Shown one piece after another: positions 36,978 to 48,535 of a DNA stretch of 64,000 nucleotides (position 1 is its first letter; the number at the start of each line of letters is the position of its first letter). Made by a program: the position numbers and the translations under genes. This stretch comes from Azolla caroliniana (Eukaryota > Plantae > Polypodiophyta): the NCBI GenBank assembly GCA_043228905.1, contig JBHGNT010000003.1:11594001-11658000 (forward strand), given 5' to 3'. The notes under the pieces were generated by a model. That model made no database searches. It was not told the origin of the DNA and worked only from the letters and a program-made list of their open reading frames with translations.

Positions 36978-38475
36978 TGTGTTACCGGCCGGCAAAGGAG
37001 TCCAGAGTGGGAAACGAAGGAGTTAATTAATTATTAGGAATGGTTGTAAGTAAGCTATTAGTGTGGACGGACGGACCGGAATCGGTATGCCGTTCCGGAT
37101 CCGGACCGATCCCGAACAGGTGCAGATGGCACCGTTTTGTACTACAGACGAGAAAACTATTTAAAGGCCCGGATACAATGTAATGAGCAGCGGTTATTTA
37201 ATAAAGCTTAATGTTTTTATCTCTCTGTGTGTTAATTGTCGTTCTGCATTCATCGTTATATCCTACGCGTGTGATCATTAAGGACGATCTTGCTAAGTAA
37301 CCTAATTAAGGCGGATTAATCGTTGAAGTATAATCCTCTTGCCATAACACCCCTTGGTGAAGTGTCTTCCGTAGACACCCTGTGTTAGGCCATTGTCCGG
37401 CCCTAAGAGTTAACAATCAATGTAAAAAATTACATATTGACCATACATGATTAGATTGGGAGAAGAAAGAATCGAAAAAAAAATAAGAAAGAGTTACCGA
37501 AGTTCCTTTGTTGATAGCTATCTGGATCAAGCTCGATCGTACATCGATCGATCGCCATCTAACAAGAAAAAATATAATCAACAAAAGAAACATGAGAAAC
37601 ATGGCTATGATACGAATTGTTAGAGCTAGCAACTACTGTAAGCATGAGATAAGGATATAATAGATATAAAATAAGAAAGGAGAGAGAAAAAAGGGTGTTG
37701 ATCCACCCAACCACCCCCGAGCGAAGGGATCGAGACCGACTCGAGCCTCGATCGGTGTCCCATACCACCGTCATGGCGTCGAGTCGTACTTGGTGCTAGC
37801 GCGCTCGCTACAAGAGTTGACCCACCACAATGACGAAGTCTCGACGTTGTCGATAATGTGTCCAATGAGGGTAGTTAGGCCTCATATTTATAGCCAGACC
37901 TAAGGCCCCATGCAAGTTCACACTTGGCCTAATGGGTTGTCCCTATCCCAAGGATTAAAAGTAATCATTTCCTTCTTTACACTCTCGTTTAACCCTCAAA
38001 CTTTATCCACGTGTATAGAATACTACGATAAAACTTAGCACGGGATATGGCCATGCCCGTAACAATTTTCGTGCACACGGTTTTGCTTGTGACATGCACA
38101 AAACCATGGGCTTAAAACCATGGTTTTGTGCACATGGTTTAATACGATTTTTTCATATGGAAAACTGAATATGATAATAAAATATATATAATCTACAGCA
38201 CTCAATAGTACTCTAGTGGTAAGTCAATTGTCTCTTACCTTGGGGGTGCAAGGTCCAAAACCTTACTTGCACTATTTATGCACCGAAATGCCACTAGGCC
38301 CTTGGCTTATTTTCATATTTACAAGTGTTTGTGCACTTTTACGATTCTCATTCCGTTCCCATTTACAACATGCTAGTGTACACGTCTGCCCATCACTCCT
38401 TCCACACATGTGCACATTGCACCTTCTCGATTTTGTCCGTTCCACACGATTTTCACGTTGTTGCGGAAAATCTTC

Positions 38476-39164
38476 ACGACATTGTCATATCCCTTTGTCA
38501 GATATTGTTGAGCTCTTGACAGAGGTGCAACTTACGGGTCGTGGTACTCACAGTGAAAATCGTCTTCAAATTTTCCCAAGCCTCCTTCAGTGTCTTTGCA
38601 TCTCGAATGTAGCCTAGCATCTAGTCATGCACACAGGATACAAGGCAATATAAGACTCTACTTGCCGCCTACTCCCACACTGGAAAATCATTGTGTCAAC
38701 TCTAGTGCAACTTTATTTTCTCCATGAATTTAACTCCAATAGCCATGCCCGAGCAAGTACTGGTGCATCATGTATTCCCAAGATGCATAGTTGCTTCTGT
38801 CCAACTTCTTTATCGGAAGAGCACCACCTATTCCTCTGTCCATTTTCTTCTTATTTGTACTTGTCCAGGGATTAGGATTTGTCTGTGTTGAAATGCTTAT
38901 TGGCAGCAGAGGATTCTCAACCCTCACACTATGATACCATTAAAAGATTTACGTGCGGAAGCTAAACATAACACAACCGGCCCAACCGGACAGCAACAGA
39001 GAAAAAATGGAGATACACAGAATGCTGGAGAGACAAAGAGAGCAAAAGACTAAAAACTCAATTCAAATAATACGCTCTGTGTACATACAAATGTGCTCTA
39101 AGAGGAATTTTATACAAGCCCTTAAAGGACTGACAGAAGTATTGACAAGTACTTCAATGCTTCT
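38476..39164 (-). mobile_element. Truncated Copia J: 3' part of its 5' LTR (38940-39164), PBS (38928-38939) and gag fragment
   Basis: Gag MDRGIGGALPIKKLDRSNYASWEYMMHQYLLGHGYWS and degenerate PBS TGGTATCATAG. The LTR is homologous to E/I, and its first ~120 bp lie at 54402-54520. Confidence 0.85.
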
Positions 39165-39633
39165 TGTTGAGATATCAAGCTCAACTTAGGTTAGCCATTT
39201 AGTTAACCACGTAACTTAGTAGTTACCTACATAGAATCTAGTTAGTGTATTTACCTTTTAAACCCTTAAATAGGTTCTTGTACTTGTACATAAGTGGGGA
39301 TACATTCTAGATCCTCCACTACCAAGTATATTTAATATAGGACTTACATCCTTGTACCTATATTCTACTCACACATGTGCACCATTGCACATGAGTTGTA
39401 TATATACCTCAGTGTGGGTATTTTTGTACCTTGATATTTATTAATATAAAGAAAGGTCTTTAGCTACACTCTTGTTAATCATACCCCATTTATATTATTG
39501 TTCATAAGTGTATCTTCCTCTCTCTCTTCCTCTCACACACATACACACACAAATCACATAATCTTCTGTTGCTTTATTAATACTCACATAATTAAACCCT
39601 AATTAACCCTAGTTAATTACTTAATTATTAACA
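39165..39633 (+). mobile_element. Solo LTR K inserted in the LTR of J
   Basis: TGTTGA...TTAACA termini. After removing H the flanks are CTTCT/CTTAT (4/5 TSD), and the J LTR rejoins as TTCATTTATAAGCATTGAAG. Confidence 0.72.
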
Positions 39634-40099
39634 CTTGTTACCGATACGGAACACTATCTATCTCAATCCTTCGAGATAGACCTCAAGGTGATTGTGTGGC
39701 AAGGTATGTCGTCACACGAGGCGTGAGTCGTACTCCGTTGGTTGCATAACAATGCATATCTATGGGTGAAGGTTCACAGCTACGACCGAGAACCTGAGTG
39801 CGCTACTACGCAACTCGTGCCCTATGCTTATAGAGACGTACTTACGAATAGTACAGAGATTACACAAGACAGCACGGGTAGCACAAACACAGAAAATCAA
39901 AGAAGATAAGATATTATTAGAAAGAAAAACCTCACGCTCCAAAATTACATGCTACCTCTTACAGAGGATTTCTGCCCTTTATATACACAGGGCGTTCAGC
40001 CGTTCACGCTTCCCGCGTGAACCGTTACATTTCTTTTCTTAACGCTTTTAATATATTTACGGATTCTGTCTAGCGGTTACAATTTCGGCGGACAACACC

Positions 40100-40116
40100 T
40101 GGCACGCCTGTGGGAC
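40100..40116 (-). promoter_or_regulatory. tRNA-3'-end-like motif GTCCCACAGGCGTGCCA at the PPT position of element H
   Basis: 2 nt from the 3' LTR. Reads TGGCACGCCTGTGGGAC on the plus strand. 16/17 identical to the D motif. Confidence 0.7.
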
Positions 40117-40144
40117 AGTGCCATGGCACGTCGGACCCATCCCT

Positions 40145-42544
40145 CTATTCATCCTCCAAGATGTCCAGAATGTTCGGCTCCGTTTGCACGTTCCGGTCCG
40201 GAGATGGCGTAATGTTCGTCGGTGCTTCGTTGCTCTATTGCGTGTCATGTCCCTACTCGGCCGTCGTGGGGGTTTCTATGTTGTCCACTTCTCTATGAGT
40301 GGTCGGACCCGGCTCTGCTGGCTCGCTCATTTCTGTTGCGGTTGGCGCTTCTGTCTGTGGAAATGTGGTTGACTGAGGCTCTGTCCTGTCCATATCATTC
40401 TCTATGTTGCCTTGCGTAATTGTCATTTCTAGTGAATTGGGGTGAGGCTCCTCGTGCTCGGTGGAATCGGTGTCAGGTACCGTAGTAGGCTCCGTATGTT
40501 GTTGTTCGCTCCTAATCTCCATTAGTCGGCTGAAAATATCCTCTTGACTTTCCCCGAAGTCGTCTAACAGCTGTGCGAGTTCCTCGGAGTGTTGGTCCGC
40601 TAGCGTGCAATAATCTTGTGCTAGGTCCTCGTGTACTGCCGCAATGCCTTCCTCATTGAGTTTGTAGAACCCTCGGCCTTCTTTCCTTCGGTTCTCCCAG
40701 TCTGGCTGGTAGGTATGCAACTCCGCTGCTTATGTTCCCCACGCCATCTAGCCTTTGTCTAGCGTTGTTTTTAATTGCGCCGTAAACCTCTCCCGATTTG
40801 TTTGAAGAAGTATGTGTACGTTTTGCGCTTCTTCTAGGGTTTTTTTGAGGTTTTCAATTTCTCACTTATTAACCACAACCGCTTCCTCATAATGGTTTTT
40901 CATCTCTGCCCATTTCTGGGATTATTTCAAGTGTAGTTCCTCCAGCCGGCCCATTTCATTGTTCAGGTAGACTTCTACTTGATGCGTCACCTCCTGTTCC
41001 CATCCGAGTTGCTCGTCGTACCACGCTTTCTTCTTTTCCAATAACTCCCGGAGTCTTGAGATCGCCGCTTCCGACTTTTGGCCTTCCTCCCATAGCTTGT
41101 TGTTTTCTTCTTTCGTGCTGGTGTGCGTTGTTGCCTCCGCTTCGACTTTCTCTTCGAGTGCCTTCACTGCCCTTCGGCCTTTGGCCCGGATGTTCGTTTC
41201 TCTGTAGGAGGATTGGCGTAGTTCAGCACGGAGGGGGTCAATCTCAGACTCCGCAAGCTGCGTAGCCCTTTTTGCTTTAGCGGCGATGGCCTTTTGTGTT
41301 GCAATCTCCTCTTGTAGGGTTATTGATGTGTCTTCGCCGGATGCTGGTTCGGGGTTTTGCGATGCCATAGTGACGTTATGTTCTAGCTCTGTAATGCACT
41401 CTTGGGCCTTCTGTAGTAGGGCTTGAGTCAACTTGACTGTTTTCCAAATGTTTGTATTCTTGATAGCCATATCCTTGGCGCCTAAACTGACTCTAGCCAA
41501 TTCCTGATGTGCCTCGTCAAGGGCCGCATTCAATGGGGGTAGTTCAAGCTCATACGTCGAATCCCTGCGTTCCGCTGCCTGCCTACCTTGGCTAGAGGCG
41601 CCTCATCCTCACTTTCCACTGTTTGCGTTAGAGCGCGCTCCACCATCTGCTGCTCGGCGTGTTCTTCGGCCATGCACTGCGACACCTTGATCTGTTGAGT
41701 TGCTAAAAATTCCATGAGCTCATATGTGGTGCCATACTGCAATAACACACTGAACTCATGTGCCATGTCCAGAATGTCCGGATATGTCAGGACTTCACTT
41801 TCTTCTGTAAGAACTCCTTTGCCACGCTGAGATTGTGCCATAATGATGGGTTGCGGTTCGCGGAATATCTCTAGTGTCGTAGTGGGCTCTTCGGGGGCGG
41901 TCGTTTCAGTGGTGACGGTCGTATCTTTTACCAATCCGCAGCCGTCCTTTCGGTCTAATCATCACCGTTTGGGTCTGGGACTGTCACCGATGGGCTCTTG
42001 CTCGGCTGCTGTCATGGAGGGTTGCGTCTCTGCGTCTTTGGCTGGTGGTTCCTTCTGTGTCATCCGTTGGGTGGTAGGAGAAGGTTGTGCTTCTTCCTCC
42101 CATTCGGTGGTAGCTAACTCTGCTAGCCGTCGTTTCACGGATCGCGGCCGAGGCGTCGGTTTGCTTGGTGTGGGGGCGGGGGGAGTCCACGAGGAGGAAA
42201 TAGTACAGTAAGGTATTGTTGAATGATCGGTCGGAGTTTTTTTCTAGCTTGATACACGTAGAGTCCTTCCCTAAGTGTTGGCCCTGTGATTACACCCTAG
42301 TCTACGACACGTCCTTCGAAGGTTTCCCAAGTGTTTCTGCAGGAGAAATGTCAAAGTGTTTTTCCCTTATCACCGATAACCCGAGTTTCTTCCGAACAGT
42401 GGCGTTCGTCATTGTGTCTATATCCAACTTCTTGGCTATGTCAAGAGCCTCAGGGTGCGGTGGCGCTTCGGTGACCCTGATATAGCCCTCAAACCCCTTT
42501 TCTAGGAGCCATCAGCGTAGAGTTGCAGAGATAGTGATCGGCAT
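40145..42544 (-). pseudogene. Sense accessory ORF of element H (fragmented)
   Basis: N-terminus MPITISATLR*WLLEKGFEGYIRVTEAPPHPEA, coiled-coil fragment 40922-41533, block NRRKEGRGFYKL..LAQDYCTLAD and C-terminus ILDILEDE* all align with the D accessory ORF. Confidence 0.78.
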
Positions 42545-42560
42545 CGGGGGTGGATGGGGT

Positions 42561-45500
42561 TGTTGAGAGACAAGCTCAACATTCGGTGCGTAATCGGGTG
42601 CGTAACCCAGTGCCTAAACTGGGTGCGTAGAACCATGCACACAATACGCCATAGCGGTGCGTAAACCGCGAGGCCGTTGGAAAGATATTCCTCGAAAGGA
42701 ATAATTTTGGGAGTGAGTGTAGCAGCTCATTTATGAGTCTCAAGTATTATCAGTACTTGTGTTAGCCCGATTGTCATGGCTTGTATATAAGGTGCTCACC
42801 GAGCACAAAGTATGTACAGAACTGAGAGTCATTATTTTGAATCGGAGTTTTCTGTTGCTTGGTCTCTTTCTCCCTGTCTCTCCATCTCCATCTCCATCTC
42901 TGCATTTTCTGTGTTTTACCGAACTGTCTTATTCCTCCAAACTATGTACTCTGTGTTTACAAACACGCTTCCACACAACATATTCTTTTACATGGTATCA
43001 GAGCACGAGGGTTGAAGTCCTCTGCAGTCGACAAGAAAAGCTTGCGACAAAACAGAGTTGAAGTTGTTCTTCATTTTTTTAGGAAAAGAAAAAGATAGTA
43101 CTATGGACAGAGGAATGTGAAGCTCACTTCCGACTGAAAAGCTTGACAGAAGCAACTACGCATATTGGTCTTACAAGATGCACCAGTACCTACTCGACCA
43201 TGGCTACTGGAGTTATGTCGAAGGAGAAAACGATCTGGCACCCGACTCGACACACCGGGACTATCCGGCTTGGGAACAAGCGGCAAGCAGAGTGTTGTAC
43301 TGCGTCGCGTCCTGTGTGAGCGATCAGCTTTTGAGTTATATTCAGGATGCCAAGATGCCGAAGGACGCGTGGGCGAATCTCAAAAGGATTTTCGCCGCCA
43401 GCACAACGGCCAGAAACCTGCAGCTCAGACAGGAGCTCAGCAATGTACGACAAAGAGATATGTCGGTGGCTGATTACACCACCAAGATCAAAGAAATTTG
43501 CGACTCTCTCGCCTCCGTCAACTTGAATGTCGAGGAAGATGAAATGGTGCAGATTTGTTTTGGTGGCCTGGCGTCAAAGTTCAGACCTTTCCGAACGGCA
43601 GTCTACACGAGGGAGATTACGCCTTCGTTTTTAGAGCTTCAATCAATGTTGCTCATAGAAGAAAACCGCGCAGATGAGTCGACAAGTGTGCACGCCGATG
43701 GCAAGATGCTTTACACAGAGGATGATAGGCCCCGTGGTCGTGGTGGACGAGGCGGATCGGCGCGCAATGGAGGCGGCCGAAAAGAGTAGAATGTATGGCA
43801 TAATTGAGATGTTAGAAGCAATTCCGAACCCTCCGCAAGCAAGGGGAGTCATGGCGGCGCCAGAAGACGGCAAGAGAAGACCACGCCGGATTGCTGGTAC
43901 TGTGGCAAGAAAGGCCACAAGGAGAGCGAGTGCTAGAAAAAGCGAGCCAATTCGGACAAAGCCGGATCGAGCCGAAGAGACGCAGAGAGGCGTCAGAGAT
44001 CGCACTACGTAGAAGGCTCTGAACGAGCCAGAAACAAATCAAGCCCAGCCTTCTAATGAAGCATAAGGCCAATTCTATGGCCATGAACACCTCGAAATCA
44101 AGCAAGATGTGGTATGTTGATTCCGGAGCGTCAAATCATATGACGGGTCACGAGGACGCGTCATATGAGAAACCGGTTCTCATACTTGGAGAAACCGGAA
44201 TCACAAGGAGTGGTCAAAACGGGTGACGACACTCCGCATACCATCAAACATGTCGGCGAAGGTCCTCATGAAAGGGAAACTCATGAACGTGTTGCACATC
44301 CTGACAATAATGAAGAACCTAGTGTTGGTCGGTCAGATCGTCGACCAGGGAATGCAGGTTCGATTCACGCATCTCGGCTGCTTCATAGAAGAGGAAGGCA
44401 AAGTAATTGCGCAAGGGCGTAGTGAAGGGAGGATGTTTATCCTCGACACTAATCAAGCCGGAACCGCATTGTACGCGAAAGGACAAAAGGTCGAATCGGA
44501 TATCGACCTGTGGCACAAGCGGTTCGGCCACGTAAATTTCCCACGGCTTCATGAAATGCAGACGAAGAACATTGTTTTCGGATTGCCGAAATTTCATGGC
44601 CGGGATGGCCAAGTCTACGAAGCCTGTCAGATGGGAAAACAACACCGACTTCCATTCCCCAATGAGCGTAATCGTAGTCGAAGTCCACTGGATTTGATCC
44701 ATTTGGATGTCTGGGGTCCGGCACAGAACGTGAGTCTCAGTGGAAGCCGTTACTTTGTAACCTTCATCGATGACTTCACTCGGCACACGTGGGCATGCAT
44801 GATTGAGAAGAAGAGCAAAGTCTTCGCATGTTTCCTGAAGGTGAAGAGCCTTGCGAAAAGGGAAACGGGGCGTAAGATCAAATGCCTACGGTCCGATGGC
44901 GGGAAGGAGTACTTCTCCGACCAGTTCACAAGTTATCTACAGAAGGAGGGAATTCGACACGAGTTCTTGTGTAGAATCGGACGATTGAAGAAGTCGTCAA
45001 GGCAATGCTTGAAGAGAAGCATATGTCGAAATTCTATTGAGCCGAATCCGTGAAGACGGCTATCTACCTGCAGAATTGGACTTCTACTAATGGGGGAGTG
45101 TGTCCACATGAGTTGTATTTCGGGAAGAAGCCGAACTTGGCACACTTGAGAATTTTCGGCAGCATCGCGTATGTGCACGTGTCGAAAGAGAAAAGGAGGA
45201 AACTAGATGCTAAAGCTGAGAAATGTATCTTGGTTAGTTATTTAGATGAGCAGAAAGGATATAAGTGTTATAACCCTCGAACAAAGGAAGTACGCGTAAC
45301 CCGTGACGTTGTGTTCGACGAGTCCGCTTCATGGTACCTGCCTTCTCCTCTAGAACCTCATGACTCCATTTCAATTTTTGAAGAAGAAATCAGCGAGGTT
45401 GAAATGCCTCCGCATGATGAGGACGTCAGAGCTCTGAGAGAGAGTCCGATCTCATTTCAGCTAAGCAGGCCAAATGAGGGGTTGGGCCGAGATGGCCAAC

Positions 45501-48186
45501 CAGATGATGAGACGGCGAGTAGTGGAGACTCAGTCGTGCATTCCCCGCGCAGGAAGCCGAGGAGACGGCTTACGCGCAAGGAAAAAGGCAAGAAGAAAAA
45601 ATGCTGGAATACGACTTCGGTAGTGCCAAGTCAGATCGAAGTGAGTGCGCTACTACGGGCAAACTGAAAAGGGACCTCCCCTGAAGAGGTCAACGGTAGG
45701 CGAAAAGGTCGTGAAATCAGGTAATCACGAATTACGCCGATCTACCTGCCTCAAGAACCCCGTAAAGAGATACGGGTATAATGAGTACATGGCGCACCAT
45801 TACGCGTACATGACGCAAGTGGCGGAAGTGCATGAGCCGGAGATCTATGCAGAAACGGCGAAAGACGCGAACTGGCGTGCCGCAATGGAAGAAGAGATGC
45901 GCGCATTGGCGGAAAATGAAACATGGGACCTGGTTGACGCACCGAAAGGTGTGAAGCCGATCGGATGTAAGTGGTTAAGTACAACACCGACGGCTCGATC
46001 AATAAATACAAGGCCCGTTTAGTAGCGAAAGGCTACGTGCAAAAGCACGGCGTGGACTATGACGAGACCTTCGCACCTGTTGCGAAGATGACGACCGTTT
46101 GTGTTTTGCTCGCGGTAGCTGCGGCGAAGGGGTGGCATTTATATCAGATGGATGTAGTGAACGCGTTCCTGCAAGGTGATCTTGAGGAGCAAGTGTACAT
46201 GGTACAGCCCCTTGGATTTCTATCCGAATAAAACACCTCGGCAGTTTGCCAATTGAAGAAATCCTTATATGGACTAAAGCAAGCCCCGCTAGCTTGGAAT
46301 GCAAAGATTACGTAACAGTTGCGTAGGATGGGGTTTGAGCCGTCGAAATCGGACTCTTCTCTATTTGTTCGGCAAGGTCAATATGGACCGGTCAGCCTAC
46401 TCTTGTATGTTGATGATTTAGTCATCGCTAGTGCCGACCTTGATGAAATCCACCGCGTGAAGTCTCAGCTTGCGGCATCGTTTGAAATGAAGGATCTCAG
46501 AGACCTTCATTACTTCCTCGGGATCGAAGTGATGTGTACCTCCGAAGGCATATTGATCAACCAACATCATTACGCGTTGAATATGCTCTTCAAGTTCAGG
46601 ATGGCAAACTATAAGCCCATCTCGACCCCTCTGGATAGAAATGTAAAGCTTCGCCAAGATTCGGAAAAGGCGTGCGACCCGACACGGTTCCGACAGTTTG
46701 TCGGAAGCCTCATCTATTTGACTATTACTCGGCTAGACCTCAGTTACCCGGTTGGCATGATCAGTCAATTCATGTCACAGCCTATGGCCGAACACTTTCA
46801 GTGCACGCAACGGATATTGCAATATGTAAGCGGCACGAAAGACATGGCGTTGCTATATCGAGCAGGCGTGCGTAGCTGAACAGTTTGTCGGCTGCACGGA
46901 TGTCGATTGGGCCGAAAACACCCACGATCGTCGATCCACATCTGGATACACATTCTCATTAGGAAGTGCAGCGATCGCGTGGAGCAGCAAAAAGCAGCCG
47001 ACAGTAGCAGTGTCGAGCACGGAGGCCAAATATCGAGGGGCGATTGTCGCTACGTGCGAAGTTATTTGGCTGAAATGGCTATTACGGGATCTGTAGGTAG
47101 AGGTGTCAAATCCGATGAAGATCTATTGCGACAACCTCAGCAGTATCCACCTTGCAAAAAACCCCGTGTTCTACACCCGGACCAAGCACATTGAGGTGCA
47201 TTACCATTTTTTCCACGAGCGGGTTGCCGACATCTTCACAAAACCTCTTGTTCTCGACAAGTTACGGCATTTCTCGTGTGCGCTTGGGTTGCGTCACCTC
47301 GACACGCCGAACTTGAGGGGGAGAAAAGAAGAACAAGGACATGAGCGTGAAAGGAGCGGAGGTAAGCATCACGATGGAAGTGACCGTGACGCGAAATCAG
47401 ATGTTGAATTCGATTTCGGGCCGGTTGAAGAAGCCGAAGACAAGAGCAAGGGCCGTAAGCATAAGAAGGAGCCAAGGACAGCCGAAACAGGGGGAGATAA
47501 GGCCAAGACTAAGATGTGGTCGGATGTTGTCGGGGTCCTAAAGACAGCTGACGAATTGTAGACAGCCAATTCGGATGAGGGCAGAATTGAATCGGAATGT
47601 TCGACTCGGATACACCGAATCAACTGAAGGCCATGAGGAGAAAAGGGCAGTGAAGGACACATCGACACCGCGACAGCAAGCGAACGAGGTGTGAAGCCAG
47701 AAGGAACCGGAGCGTAGATCCGGCGGAGCAAGTGGAACCTCAAGTTGAGCTTGAGGGGGAATGTTGAGAGACAAGCTCAACATTCGGTGCGTAATTGGGT
47801 GCGTAGAACCATGCGCACAATATGCCATAGCGGTGCATAAACCGCGAGGCCGTTGGAAGGATATTCCTCGAAAGGAATAATTTTGGGAGTGAGTGTAGCG
47901 GCTCATTTATGAGTTTCAAGTATTGTCAGTACTTGTATCAGCCCAATTGTCATGGCTTGTATATAAGGTGCTCACCGAGCACGAAGTATGTACAGAACTG
48001 AGAGTCATTATTTTGAATCGGAGTTTTTTGTTGTCTGCTCTCTTTCTCTCTGTCTCTCCATCTCCATCTCCATCTTTGCGTTTTCTGTGTTTTACCGAAC
48101 TGTCTTATTCCTCCGAACTATCTTATTCCTCCGAACTGTGTACTCTGTGTTTACGAACACACTTCCGCACAACGTATTCTTTTACG
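42561..48186 (+). mobile_element. Copia element I (full length, decayed; type seen in non-seed plants)
   Basis: LTRs at 42561-42992 and 47762-~48186, PBS TGGTATCAGAGC at 42993-43004, PPT at 47753-47761. No clean TSD, and the 3' terminus reads TTTACG rather than TTTACA. Confidence 0.93.
43103..47561 (+). pseudogene. Copia gag-PR-INT-RT-RH of element I, many stops and frameshifts
   Basis: Motifs [55 protein letters not shown] and RTKHIEVHYHF. Confidence 0.93.
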
Positions 48187-48535
48187 GCTCGTGAAGGCCA
48201 GTCGAAGGTTGCAGGTTATGGTGAGCGCGAGCTCTGTTGTATGGTGGAGAGCGAGGAGAGCGAGGAGAGCGAAGAGAGCGAGAAGAGGTTTGTTGTCTGT
48301 AATGCGCAGAAGACCTTCTACTTTCCTCTTTTTGTGGTTTAGGGTACATTGGTCTGTGTGACATCGTAGTGTCGCGTGTTCTTGCCCCAGAAGTTTGTGC
48401 ATGCATAAAGCCCCTTTTAATAGTCGTCACTACCTTCTCTTCTTCTTTTTCTTTTTTCTCTTTTTTTTTTCGTTTTAACGGTTAAATACATTATTACTGT
48501 TTACAGTATTTTACAAGTGGCCCTCAGCTTATTAA

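Larger units (their letters stand above)
25068..37415 (+). mobile_element. Gypsy element D (same family as A), full length but decayed, nested in C'
   Basis: Perfect TSD ATCAA (25063-25067 / 37416-37420). 436-bp LTRs at 25458-25893 and 36980-37415, plus an extra partial LTR copy at 25068-25444. PBS TGGCGAC at 25901. Confidence 0.96.
19281..38064 (-). mobile_element. Decayed chromovirus C' (same family as C); 5' LTR 37618-38064; interrupted by D and, at its pol 3' end, by C (remnant continues at ~12210-12231)
   Basis: Fragmented gag-pol ORFs at 19389-23335 are homologous to C. The 5' UTR homolog runs 23340-25067 and resumes after D at 37416. Degenerate PBS (TCGTATCATAGC) at ~37604-37615. Deletions within the integrase near 19910 and 20107. 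Confidence 0.92.

Noticed and set aside
10455-38064. LTRs at 10455 and 37618 as the matched pair of one element
   Set aside because: The flanks (GTGTG vs ATTTT) give no TSD and the U5 regions are clearly divergent. The pairing is unproven.
40098-40116. Element H as a plus-strand element with its PBS at 40100
   Set aside because: All coding fragments are on the minus strand and a PBS is present at 53930-53921. The motif is reported instead as an inverted second site.
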